Counted from the stretch's first letter, positions 28,988 to 38,295 are shown. The stretch is 64,000 bases of DNA from Candidatus Peregrinibacteria bacterium (GCA_043798355.1 JAZDOT010000010.1:53729-117728); one strand, 5' to 3'. A program made the numbers and translations. The notes: generated from the sequence alone by a model not told the origin.

Positions 28988-31330
28988 ATGCACCTCGTCA
29001 TCGTCGAGAGTCCGACCAAAGCCAAGACCATCAAGCGGTTCCTCGGGAAAGACTATGTCGTCTTTGCCAGTATGGGGCACGTGCGGGATCTGCCGGACTC
29101 CATGCTCGGGGTCGATACGGAGCATGACTTCGAGCCCAAGTACCTCGTTCCCAAAGACAAGAAGGCTGTCGTGAAGCATCTGCAGGAAGAACTGGATGAG
29201 GCTCTGGATCTCTGGATCGCGACTGACGAGGACCGCGAAGGGGAAGCAATCGGCTGGCACCTGGTGGAAGTATTAAAGAGGAAGAAAAAGCAGCCAGTGA
29301 AGCGCATCGTCTTCCACGAGATCACCGAAGAAGCCATCCGCGAAGCCATAGCGCATCCGCGTGCGATCGATGAGAAACTCGTGGATGCCCAGCAGGCGCG
29401 GCGCATCCTCGACCGCCTCGTGGGCTATACGCTCTCGCCGTTCCTCTGGAGCAAGGTGTACCGGGGGCTCTCCGCGGGGCGCGTTCAGTCCGTTGCGGTA
29501 CGCGTCATTGTGGACCGGGAACGGGAAATCCGCGCGTTTGTGCCGCGCGAGTACTGGTCCGTGACCGCACAACTCAGGAAGAACTCCGGCGGGGAATTCT
29601 CCGCTTCACTGAAGGAACGTAATGGTGAGAAGTGGGAACCGGTAAACGAGGGCGAAGCTCGGGAGGTGCTCGCTGCCTGCAAAGACGCCTCCTATCAGGT
29701 AGCCAAGACGGAGGAGAAAGAACTGAAGAAGACGCCGCCCCCTCCATTCACCACCTCCACCCTTCAGCAGGAAGCAGGACGGAAGCTCGGTTTCTCCGTG
29801 AAGCAGACCATGGTGGTGGCCCAGCAGCTTTATGAAGGCATCAGTCTCGGCAAGGGGGAAGGGAGTACGGGTCTCATCACGTACATGCGCACGGATTCCG
29901 TGAGTCTGAGTACGAAGGCCATGAATGATGCTACGGAAGTCATCATCCGTAAGTTCGGCCGCGAGTACATTCTCTCCGCCCCCCGAACGTATAAAACGAA
30001 ATCCAAAGGAGCGCAGGAGGCGCACGAAGCCATCCGTCCGACGGAAATGGCGCGCACGCCCGATTCCATGAAGGACATCCTCGATCATCAGCAACTCAAG
30101 CTCTATACCCTCATCTGGAACCGGACGGTTGCGACCCAGATGGCCGAAGCGCAGCTCAAGCGGGTCGCTGCGGATATCACATCCGGTATCTATACGTTTC
30201 GTGCGACGGGACAGACGACGATCTTCGACGGGTTTCTCCGCGTCTATGCCGAAGGGCGCGACGAGGAAGCGGAAGAAGCCGAGAAGGATGACGAAGAGCG
30301 AACATTGCCTCCGCTCAGGCAAGGGGAAAATCTTTCCTGCGTCGATCTCATGCCCGAGCAGCACTTCACGAAGCCGCCTCCGCGCTACACGGAAGCGAGT
30401 CTCGTGAAGAAGATGGAGGAGGAGGGCATCGGCCGTCCGAGCACCTATGCGCCGACCATCTCCACCATCCAGCAGCGCGGCTACATCGAGAAGAATGGCA
30501 AGCAGCTGGTTCCCCAGCAGGTCGCTTTCACCGTAATCGATCTCCTCGCGGAGCATTTTCCGGATATCGTGGATCTCTCTTTCACGGCGAAGATGGAGCA
30601 GTCCCTCGACGATATTGCCGAGGGGGACGAAGACCGCGTGAAATTCCTCGCGGGTTTCTACGGCCCGTTCAAAGATCTCATCGCCGTGAAGTCGAAGGAG
30701 ATCCGCAAGGAGGATGTTCTGCAGGAGCGCGAACTCGGGATCGATCCTGAGACGGGGTTCCCCGTGCTCGTCCGCACCGGTCGCTTCGGGCCGTACGTGC
30801 AGCTTGGACGACCGGAGGATTGGAAAGAGAAGAAGCAGAAGCCGAAGAGCGCCTCGCTCCCCTCTTCGTTACAGAAAGGCACGGTGACCATTTCGCAGGT
30901 GATCGGACTGTTGCGGTTTCCGAAGACAGTCGGGGTCATTTCCGGCGAGAGCGTGACGGTGAATCTCGGACGGTTCGGGCCGTACATCCGTTGCGGAAAA
31001 ACGACGGCCGCGCTCCCGAAGGACGTTGATCCCGCTGCGATCGACCTCGCGCAGGCGAAGACGCTCATGGCACAGGCGGCGGACAAGAGGAAGCGCGCCG
31101 CCGAGCCGCTCCGGATACTGGGGGAGGATCCCGAGACGAAAGCTGCCGTACACGTGAAGGATGGCCGCTACGGTCCGTACGTCACCGACGGCACGACGAA
31201 CGTCTCCATTCCGAAGAAATTTTCCGCGGAGACCATTTCCCTTGCCGATGCCGCACAGTTCCTGAAGAAGAAGCGCGAAGCGGGGCCGAGCAGATGGAAG
31301 GGAAGGGGGAAGTGGAAGAAGAGGACTTAG
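28988..31330 (+). CDS. topA: DNA topoisomerase I with C-terminal Toprim_C repeats
   Basis: LVIVESPTKAKTI, ATDEDREGE, SAGRVQS, ITYMRTDS, GRFGPY repeats. Confidence 0.97.
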   Translation: MHLVIVESPTKAKTIKRFLGKDYVVFASMGHVRDLPDSMLGVDTEHDFEPKYLVPKDKKAVVKHLQEELDEALDLWIATDEDREGEAIGWHLVEVLKRKKKQPVKRIVFHEITEEAIREAIAHPRAIDEKLVDAQQARRILDRLVGYTLSPFLWSKVYRGLSAGRVQSVAVRVIVDREREIRAFVPREYWSVTAQLRKNSGGEFSASLKERNGEKWEPVNEGEAREVLAACKDASYQVAKTEEKELKKTPPPPFTTSTLQQEAGRKLGFSVKQTMVVAQQLYEGISLGKGEGSTGLITYMRTDSVSLSTKAMNDATEVIIRKFGREYILSAPRTYKTKSKGAQEAHEAIRPTEMARTPDSMKDILDHQQLKLYTLIWNRTVATQMAEAQLKRVAADITSGIYTFRATGQTTIFDGFLRVYAEGRDEEAEEAEKDDEERTLPPLRQGENLSCVDLMPEQHFTKPPPRYTEASLVKKMEEEGIGRPSTYAPTISTIQQRGYIEKNGKQLVPQQVAFTVIDLLAEHFPDIVDLSFTAKMEQSLDDIAEGDEDRVKFLAGFYGPFKDLIAVKSKEIRKEDVLQERELGIDPETGFPVLVRTGRFGPYVQLGRPEDWKEKKQKPKSASLPSSLQKGTVTISQVIGLLRFPKTVGVISGESVTVNLGRFGPYIRCGKTTAALPKDVDPAAIDLAQAKTLMAQAADKRKRAAEPLRILGEDPETKAAVHVKDGRYGPYVTDGTTNVSIPKKFSAETISLADAAQFLKKKREAGPSRWKGRGKWKKRT

Positions 31331-31356
31331 GACATTGGACGTAGGACTTAGGGCAT

Positions 31357-31734
31357 ATGCTAAAAGACTTTACTCAACTGGAGGCATGGAAAAGAGCGAT
31401 GGATCTTGCGGAAAGAATTCACACGCTCACCAAAGAATTCCCGCGAGAAGAGATCTACGGAGTCACCTCTCAAATGCGCAGAGCTGCGCTGTCGATTGCC
31501 GCGAATATCGCAGAAGGATTTGGTAGATATACCTATGCGGATAAAATGCATAAGTACGTGCAGGCGCGAGGTGAATTGATTGAACTGATGACATTCGTTC
31601 ATTACTGTCGTCGGGTCGGGTACATCAGGATAGATGAAGATCTAGCCTCACTCCTGAACGATTGCACGACGGTTCACAAACTCTTGAACGGGCTGATAAC
31701 GAAGATGGACGCTCTTGATCGTCCTAAGTCCTAA
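31357..31734 (+). CDS. Four-helix-bundle protein flanked by inverted heptamer arrays
   Basis: FTQLEAWK..FPREEIYG..QMRRAALSIAANIAEG; (AGGACTT)x5 at 31322-31356 and (AAGTCCT)x5 at 31719-31753. Confidence 0.92.
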   Translation: MLKDFTQLEAWKRAMDLAERIHTLTKEFPREEIYGVTSQMRRAALSIAANIAEGFGRYTYADKMHKYVQARGELIELMTFVHYCRRVGYIRIDEDLASLLNDCTTVHKLLNGLITKMDALDRPKS

Positions 31735-31806
31735 GTCCCAATCCCCAAGTCCTTCTCTGCTGCATCTCTCCCTCGCACAATGTAAGATGCTCTCAGTTCC
31801 TCTCCC

Positions 31807-31827
31807 CGTAGGCGCGTAGCTCAGTTG
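31807..31827 (+). repeat. 21-bp duplicate of the tRNA-Trp 5' end
   Basis: CGTAGGCGCGTAGCTCAGTTG is identical to 31903-31923. Confidence 0.9.
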
Positions 31828-31828
31828 C

Positions 31829-33412
31829 CTAGCCGAGCGGCAGCGAGGCGAAAAGAATAAAATGTGCTCGGCTGTTGATCTTTATCTCCATAAAACTCTG
31901 ATCGTAGGCGCGTAGCTCAGTTGGTAGAGCACAGGTCTCCAAAACCTGGGGTCGCAGGTTCGATCCCTGCCGCGCCTGCCAATCACGAAAATGCGGTTGC
32001 TGGCGCAGAACGCGCCAGCCTTTTTTGGCTTCGCAGCGCAGCCTTTGCCGTTCCAAAAGAAGGTTCGAGCCGACGCGGAGCAGAAATGCGCGCATTTCCA
32101 GTTTCTTTTCTGATGAGGCCAATTCATTGGCTTGCACTGCGTCTTTGATGAGCATCCGGACAGGTTCGAGCCGATCCGTTCCCCCGTTGCGGCACTGCCT
32201 GATTTGCTCCTCAAGTCCTGATTTGCAATGAAGCAGGTCGCTCTTCTTTGCGCGGTACTCGTCTGTCGTGAGTTCTCCTGCGAGGCGCAAGTCCAGAAGC
32301 GTCTGCAACTGCGCTTCAATATTGCCCTTATCGTCCATCAGTAATTGCGCAGATGCTTGATTCTCTCGCTTCGTGTCTCCGGCTTCGCCGTCGAGTTTCG
32401 CAAGCATCTTTTTGCCGATGTCATCAGGCAGTGAAAACTGTTCGATGGTTTCTTCCATCTGGTCAAAAAGGGCTTCCTCACGGGTATACCGTTCACTGCA
32501 TGAACCCTTTTTCTTCGTGCAGCGGTAGTAGACGTGTCCTTTTTGCCTTTCGGCAGTGATCGAACATCCACAAGTTGCACACTGCATCATACCAAGAAAT
32601 GGGTACTCGTTCTTTCTCTGTCTGTGTTTCTTGCCGCGTCTCACGAAGACCCGCTGCACCTCGTCGAACAGTTTTTTGGGAACGATCGGCTCGTGTACGC
32701 CTTCGTACAGCTCGCCCTTAAACAGCATCAGTCCGCAGTAGATGGGACGCTTGAGAAGTTTTTCGACGCCGGAAGCATAAAGCGCGTTGCCGTGGCCGTT
32801 CCGCAAGCCTTCTTCTTCCAGCATGTTTCTGATCTGCTTGAGCGTGTACTCGCCAGTTGAATAGGTTTCAAAGGCTTTGCGGATGAGCGGCGCCATCTCG
32901 GGGTCGGGATCTATACCCCTGGTCTTGCGGTTGTTGATGTACCCGAGTGGCGCCACGGTCGGCCAGAGGCCACGGCGCAATTTCTGCCTGTTCCCACGTT
33001 TCACGTTCTCGCTAAGATTATCGATGTAATACTTGCTCTGTCCGAAAGCGATATTGAGCATGAACTTGCCCTGTGGGGTGCTTTCGAACCAGAACGTAGG
33101 GAACTTGAGATCAAGGAGCTTTCCGGTGTCGAGCAGGTAGATGATGCGGCCACCGTCGATGCTGTTTCGGGCGAGCCTGTCCGGATGCCATGAGAGTATT
33201 CCCTGTGCTTCACCCTGTTCAATACGGGCAAGCATTTCTGCGAACACGGTTCGGCCGGGTTCTTTGGCGGTTTTGGCTTCCTCGAAGGAAGCCGCGATTT
33301 CAAGGCGTTCTTTTTCGGAATGCTCGGCCAGCTCCGCGAGCTGTGCCTCGATGGAGAGGACTTGTTTATCCTCCGTATCCGTGAATTTACGAACGTAGAT
33401 GAAGTACTTCAT
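31829..33412 (-). CDS. Large serine recombinase, catalytic Ser replaced by Phe; C-terminus reads through the tRNA antisense
   Basis: YVRKFT..Q..SIEAQ, DRLARN, LSENVKRG, PLGY, HEPIV, zinc ribbon CATCG..YYRC. Confidence 0.9.
   Translation of the reverse strand: MKYFIYVRKFTDTEDKQVLSIEAQLAELAEHSEKERLEIAASFEEAKTAKEPGRTVFAEMLARIEQGEAQGILSWHPDRLARNSIDGGRIIYLLDTGKLLDLKFPTFWFESTPQGKFMLNIAFGQSKYYIDNLSENVKRGNRQKLRRGLWPTVAPLGYINNRKTRGIDPDPEMAPLIRKAFETYSTGEYTLKQIRNMLEEEGLRNGHGNALYASGVEKLLKRPIYCGLMLFKGELYEGVHEPIVPKKLFDEVQRVFVRRGKKHRQRKNEYPFLGMMQCATCGCSITAERQKGHVYYRCTKKKGSCSERYTREEALFDQMEETIEQFSLPDDIGKKMLAKLDGEAGDTKRENQASAQLLMDDKGNIEAQLQTLLDLRLAGELTTDEYRAKKSDLLHCKSGLEEQIRQCRNGGTDRLEPVRMLIKDAVQANELASSEKKLEMRAFLLRVGSNLLLERQRLRCEAKKGWRVLRQQPHFRDWQARQGSNLRPQVLETCALPTELRAYDQSFMEIKINSRAHFILFASLPLG
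31906..31981 (+). tRNA. tRNA-Trp (CCA)
   Basis: Acceptor AGGCGCG/CGCGCCT; anticodon loop CTCCAAA; GGTTCGATCC; encoded CCA end. Confidence 0.97.
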
Positions 33413-33429
33413 GGGGCGAACGAGAAGGG

Positions 33430-33693
33430 GGGAGAAATTTGCGTTTGGCCACCGACAAAGGCTGCGCTGCGAAGCCAAAAAAGGCTGGCGCGTTCTGCGC
33501 CAGCAACCGCATTTTCGTGATTGGCAGGGGGTGCTGCAAAAAATCCGAACTGATCTGGGCTGCTAGCGGCGCGGCGGCTGCCAAATTGCGCGCGCCCAGC
33601 CGCACGCGCCGCCGCCGTTTTCCGGAAAACCGCCAAAGAACCCGACCACCGCGTCGGCTCGAACCTTCTTGTGGCCAAACGCAAATTTCTCCC
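33430..33693. repeat. 23-bp inverted repeats enclosing a 218-bp segment with an inverted attP
   Basis: GGGAGAAATTTGCGTTTGGCCAC (33430-33452) / GTGGCCAAACGCAAATTTCTCCC (33671-33693); 33456-33528 = RC of 31975-32047; 33522-33625 = RC of 38905-39008. Confidence 0.92.
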
Positions 33694-33703
33694 GTTCATA
33701 GTG

Positions 33704-33736
33704 TGCTAACTATAGTATGTAGAACTATAGTTAGCA
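33704..33736. promoter_or_regulatory. C-box-like operator
   Basis: TGCTAACTATAGT-N7-ACTATAGTTAGCA perfect inverted repeat, 20 bp upstream of the C-protein gene. Confidence 0.75.
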
Positions 33737-33756
33737 ACTGATACGATTCCTGCTCA

Positions 33757-33969
33757 GTGAAACAGGACATTGTTGCTAGTTTCGGCAGAAAAATACGTGA
33801 TCTTCGCATTGAAGCAGGTTTGTCTCAGGAGGAGCTTGCTGCGCGAACGAAGGTTCATCGAACCTATATCGGAATGATTGAACGAGGAGAGAAAAACATC
33901 ACGATACGAAATGTCGAAAAACTGGCACAGGCTCTTAATATTTCTATCGATCAACTTTTCCGTTTTTAA
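33757..33969 (+). CDS. R-M controller (C) protein, XRE HTH
   Basis: GLSQEELA..VHRTYIGMIERGEKNITI; directly upstream of the REase. Confidence 0.85.
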   Translation: MKQDIVASFGRKIRDLRIEAGLSQEELAARTKVHRTYIGMIERGEKNITIRNVEKLAQALNISIDQLFRF

Positions 33970-33970
33970 T

Positions 33971-34903
33971 ATGCCATCCGTTAGTCATAAATTCCGACGG
34001 CAACTTGATGAGATTCGTGCTTTGCTCTCAGCACTTGGTTTTACCACAAAGCACAACACAGACTTAACTTCATGGGCAATACTTGCTTTGCAGGATGAAA
34101 AAAAGAGAGACACTAAAGCAGGATTCGGCTCATTAGCTAGCGGCGCAACAATCAGAGATATTCTCGACTATTGCCGCAAATGCGGCACTGGATATGCTGA
34201 GAACACACGAGAAAGTCTTAGGAAGCATAGTGTCAAATATCTCGTTCACGCGGGAATGGTTATCAGCAATCCCGATGACCCAAGCAGACCGACGAACTCT
34301 GCGAAGACCAATTATATTTTGCATCCTGAATTTCAAGCCATCTTGAAGTCGGGAGGTGCACAAAGAAAAACACTGATTGAGCAATGGCAAAAACATGCGA
34401 AACAGACGAAGCCAACCGAATGGCGTAGGGATAAATCATTATCTGTCCGATTGAACGGCAAGAGATTCAAGATCCACCCATCGAAGCATAATCTTCTTGA
34501 GAAGTTTGCCATTGAAGTTTTTCTTCCTGCATTGTGTGGAAAATTCGATGTCCTGTATTTTTCAGATACGGATGACAAGTCTCTTCACGTTGATAAAAGA
34601 CTGGAGAGCTATCTCGAAACCAAATTCGATGTGCACAAAAAAATACCTGACATAGTGGTCTCATCAAATGATCGACGGACTTTGTTTTTCATTGAGGCTG
34701 TTGCCTCTTCCGGTGAAGTGGATTATCTGAGGAAGGATGAGATTGACCGGGTGTTTCCTTTGCAAAAAGGAATCCGGAGAAGGTATGTGAGCATGTTTAT
34801 GAATCGCAAGGATTTCCGCAAGTTCAGCGATAGTATCGCGCTTGGAACCGAGGCATGGATTGTAGAAGAGTCGCCGCATGTGATCGATTTATCACCGCTG
34901 TAA
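33971..34903 (+). CDS. BsuBI/PstI-family type II restriction endonuclease
   Basis: YAENTRESLR, NPDDPSRPTNSAKTNY, KIPDIVV..FFIEAVASSG. Confidence 0.88.
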   Translation: MPSVSHKFRRQLDEIRALLSALGFTTKHNTDLTSWAILALQDEKKRDTKAGFGSLASGATIRDILDYCRKCGTGYAENTRESLRKHSVKYLVHAGMVISNPDDPSRPTNSAKTNYILHPEFQAILKSGGAQRKTLIEQWQKHAKQTKPTEWRRDKSLSVRLNGKRFKIHPSKHNLLEKFAIEVFLPALCGKFDVLYFSDTDDKSLHVDKRLESYLETKFDVHKKIPDIVVSSNDRRTLFFIEAVASSGEVDYLRKDEIDRVFPLQKGIRRRYVSMFMNRKDFRKFSDSIALGTEAWIVEESPHVIDLSPL

Positions 34904-36445
34904 TACATAGTCCGACTCCTCTTTGCTCAATCCGTACGCCTCATTTATCTTCCTTTCTAAATCTTGCCAGTTTGTGCGATCGGCTTTATGGAGCTCCTCT
35001 ATGTTATGAGGGATCGGTAGAGCCCGGATTTCCCCGGCTGAAACCTGTGTATTGCCGTTAATCAACCGAAATAACCTATCCCAGAGGGAGCTATTAAGCA
35101 GAAGTTCCATGATATTAAGCGGAGGAGCTGCATCATCCTCACGAACCATGTAGTTCAAATGGTTTTCAAGGAAGAAACCGCCTTTCCCTGTTTTTACCAG
35201 TGCCGCCTCAATTCTATGTCGCTGCTCTTTCGCTGAAATGCGCTTGAATACCACAGTATCCTGATTGAGTATTTCCGGTGTTGTTTCTTTACAGTCTCTC
35301 ATAGTCTTAGGGCGACTCTTATGCTCTTTGTTTGGATTGAATGTGAAACGCGAAACCTGATGCGGCCAATACAAAGGACGAAAGCCTTTTCCTTCTTCAT
35401 TCGACAAATACTGTTTTCTTCTGAACGCCACAACAGGTCCGGTAGAAACACGAAGTCCGCTATCCGAAACCTTTTTGAATCCATTCTTAAAGCACCTTTT
35501 TATAAGCAAGGCATCAAGCTCTGTTTCGGGGATACAAATAATGCTTGAATTCCAAAACACGATATCTCGACCTATAGCAAATTTGGAAATTTCGAATTTC
35601 CCGTTGGTGATTGCTGTTCCCACAATCACGCTATCACTGCTTGGAGTCGTATTGCTCAACGTCAGCAAAATTTGCTCCTGTAAGACATCCATAAAAGCTT
35701 TATCTCTCTCAAAGAGCGTTACTAATTCTTCCGTACTAACTTGGTTTGTCAGAATATCCCTGAGGCGACGGAAGTAGGCACCGGAAACAAAACTTTTTGG
35801 GATGATATAGCCAAGTTTTCCGCGTGGCTTTAAATACTTTATTCCAGCTTCCACGAAAGACGCATAGAGATTTGGATGCCCCAAGTTTTGCTTCGGGTTA
35901 GTTTTGAGATATGGCGGATTGCCTAAGACGCAATCGAATTGCATATTGGAATCAAACAGACCACCAACTTTCTCGAGCATATCGGCTTCTCGTATGTGAA
36001 AGGTTTCTTGCATGGAAATCTTGTAACCGTTTTTCGCAAGACATCCTCGGACATTGGCGAGCGCAATTCGCACAAGAATAGGATCAATATCAAAACCGTA
36101 AATGGACGCCTGAATATGGCTTAAATCCATCGATTTTTGAATCATTGTTTCCAATGCACCGAGTAAAAACCTTCCGCTTCCGCAAGAAATATCGGCAATA
36201 CTTTGTTCCGGCGTGTATTGAGTAGATCGAATGAGATATTTCACAATTGCTTTCGGCGTGAAGAATTGGCCGTGTCCACTTCGGTATTCTTTGTCAGTTA
36301 TTTTGCAATAGTACTCGCCGAGTCCGTCCCACTGATGCGGATCGAATGGAAGCTCTGTCTTTTTCTTTGCACCACAAACACCATGTACAGCCTCATAGGT
36401 TTCGCATAGTGATTGCCAGCAGCTGAGAGAATGTGCATTAGACAT
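34892..36445 (-). CDS. N6-adenine DNA methyltransferase (gamma class, PstI/Eco57I-like)
   Basis: GQFFTP, DISCGSGRFL, GNPPY, STGPVVAFR, ENHLN, GNTQVSA. Confidence 0.92.
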   Translation of the reverse strand: MSNAHSLSCWQSLCETYEAVHGVCGAKKKTELPFDPHQWDGLGEYYCKITDKEYRSGHGQFFTPKAIVKYLIRSTQYTPEQSIADISCGSGRFLLGALETMIQKSMDLSHIQASIYGFDIDPILVRIALANVRGCLAKNGYKISMQETFHIREADMLEKVGGLFDSNMQFDCVLGNPPYLKTNPKQNLGHPNLYASFVEAGIKYLKPRGKLGYIIPKSFVSGAYFRRLRDILTNQVSTEELVTLFERDKAFMDVLQEQILLTLSNTTPSSDSVIVGTAITNGKFEISKFAIGRDIVFWNSSIICIPETELDALLIKRCFKNGFKKVSDSGLRVSTGPVVAFRRKQYLSNEEGKGFRPLYWPHQVSRFTFNPNKEHKSRPKTMRDCKETTPEILNQDTVVFKRISAKEQRHRIEAALVKTGKGGFFLENHLNYMVREDDAAPPLNIMELLLNSSLWDRLFRLINGNTQVSAGEIRALPIPHNIEELHKADRTNWQDLERKINEAYGLSKEESDYVLQR

Positions 36446-36459
36446 ATTGCAACGATTGA

Positions 36460-37080
36460 TCAGATCTTCGAAAAAAGTATACATCGAACAATACCATGAA
36501 TTTTTAGAGAATCTGGATCCTCCACAACATGGCTCTTGTAGCGAGCATTCTCTGACTCAAGAAGAATGCGCTTACCGGAAGTCGTGTATCGCTTGATCTT
36601 GGTTTCGTTGTTCTCATCGCAAACAATGACCTTTCCTTCCAAGTTGTGTCTTCCATCAATATACGGTTCCACAAGAACAACATCGCCAGCGTGAATGCGT
36701 GGCTCCATGGAATCGCTCTCGGCACGCACTAAAAATGCATTCTTTAATTTTGCGGGTATGAAACTTGACCGCACAGGCAGCCGTTCTATTACATGCTGTT
36801 CGTTATCAATACCTTCGCCACAGGCAGCCAGTGCCAAAAGAGGCAGAAAAGTGAACGAGTCTTCGGATTCATCCTCGCCAAACACGGTGAAGTGAGCCGG
36901 ATTATCGGGATCTCTTTTTACGAGACCTCTCTCCTCAAGCTGTTTCATATGATGGACAACTTGGCTCTTCGATGACGCTCCGATGGCTTTTCGTAACTGC
37001 TCGAGGGAATATCCCTCGTCTTCGGATATATTCTTCAATACCTCGAGGAGCCGTGCCTGAAAGCGATGGAGGGGTCTCAC
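36460..37080 (-). CDS. LexA-like repressor (wHTH + S24 peptidase)
   Basis: SLEQLRKAIGASSKSQVVHHMKQLEERG, AACG cleavage loop, SDSMEP, IKRY, LESEN. Confidence 0.85.
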   Translation of the reverse strand: MRPLHRFQARLLEVLKNISEDEGYSLEQLRKAIGASSKSQVVHHMKQLEERGLVKRDPDNPAHFTVFGEDESEDSFTFLPLLALAACGEGIDNEQHVIERLPVRSSFIPAKLKNAFLVRAESDSMEPRIHAGDVVLVEPYIDGRHNLEGKVIVCDENNETKIKRYTTSGKRILLESENARYKSHVVEDPDSLKIHGIVRCILFSKI

Positions 37081-37186
37081 CGCTCGATCATATATACAGA
37101 CGTACAAATTTACAAGACGTTATTGACATCGTCTAGTATTCCTGTACCCTGTTGTGCGGCAAATACTTCTTTCCTCTCAATCTCTC

Positions 37187-37393
37187 ATGGCAATAGATGC
37201 TTCAGGAATGAAAGGCTATCGTCCTCGCAATAAAACCGGGGAACTCCGTGACAAGCGCGACGACACGCTCATGGGCACAATCGAAAAACAGTACAAGCGT
37301 GATTTTGATGTTCGCGACGATATGAAACTGGGCAATTTCCTCAAACGCGAAGGTTACGAGTCCCTCAATGATCTCCTTCACAACCAACACTGA
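37187..37393 (+). CDS. Small uncharacterised protein coupled to the CD-NTase
   Basis: 68 aa; TGATG overlap with the next gene; TTGACA-N16-TACCCT upstream. Confidence 0.7.
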   Translation: MAIDASGMKGYRPRNKTGELRDKRDDTLMGTIEKQYKRDFDVRDDMKLGNFLKREGYESLNDLLHNQH

Positions 37394-38295
37394 TGACGAC
37401 CACGCTCACCCCTGCCTTGAACCTTGACTTACTCGCCGCAGCACCGAGCATCGGTGAGCAGAATGCCGCTGCTACAACGCACACAATGATCCGAACATTC
37501 ATCGAAAACGAATCTACGCTGAGTAAATATTCCATTGAGACTCAGCTGCACGGCTCGTATAAGAACAGCACGAATGTTCGTCGGGAAAGCGATGTCGATA
37601 TCGGAGCAATGAGTGAACAGATATTTCTCTACGACATCAGTGGTTTGCCAGCGGATCAAGTGGCAAGGTTTCATGAGACTACATCTGCCGGATCCTTTAC
37701 CTTTCAAGAATATCGGAATGACGTCCTTGCAAGCCTGAGACGGAAATACGGATCGGAGGTCATTGATGGAAATAAAGCCATCACGATTTCGGGGAATACC
37801 TACCGACTCTCAGCCGATATACTTCCATGTGTTGAATTCCATCATTACTGGGATTACATGCGTTCCTCGGGAAATTATGCAAAAGGCATTGCGTTCTTAA
37901 CAAAGGATGGCAAGCGCGTTGTGAACTTCCCACAGCAGCACTTTGAGAATATGACAACGAAGAATACGGCTACAAATGAGTATTTCAAGGGATGTGTCCG
38001 AATCATGAAGCGTATCCGGAACGATCTTATCTGCGATAGAGTCATCAGTGAAAAGCACTCCCCATCGTGCTATATCGAATCTTTGCTTTGGAATGCGCCG
38101 AACGTCCTGTTCTCAGGTGGTTATAGTGCCGCAATGCGAGGAGTGTTAGCACATCTCTACAAAACGCTCGACGACGGCAGTGCCACTTCCTATGTTCAAG
38201 CGAATAGGGTGTATGTGCTATTCCACTCCGAGTTCTGGTCGATGGGTCAGGCAAAGGAACTGATTCTTTATGTTTGGAGCCGCATCTTCCCATGA
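37393..38295 (+). CDS. CBASS cGAS/DncV-like nucleotidyltransferase (CdnE-like)
   Basis: HGSYKNSTNVRRESDVDI, GNKAI, ADILPC, NFPQQH, KN..T..FKGCVRIMK, IESLLWN. Confidence 0.9.
   Translation: MTTTLTPALNLDLLAAAPSIGEQNAAATTHTMIRTFIENESTLSKYSIETQLHGSYKNSTNVRRESDVDIGAMSEQIFLYDISGLPADQVARFHETTSAGSFTFQEYRNDVLASLRRKYGSEVIDGNKAITISGNTYRLSADILPCVEFHHYWDYMRSSGNYAKGIAFLTKDGKRVVNFPQQHFENMTTKNTATNEYFKGCVRIMKRIRNDLICDRVISEKHSPSCYIESLLWNAPNVLFSGGYSAAMRGVLAHLYKTLDDGSATSYVQANRVYVLFHSEFWSMGQAKELILYVWSRIFP

Noticed and set aside
2156-31734. Diversity-generating retroelement suggested by the Avd-like four-helix bundles
   Set aside because: No reverse transcriptase in the window; the metK and uvrB duplicate differences are mostly synonymous rather than adenine-specific.
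33409-33741. Short ORFs sharing peptides with 31882-32319 and 38831-39257
   Set aside because: The identity comes from the DNA inverted repeats, not from paralogous genes.
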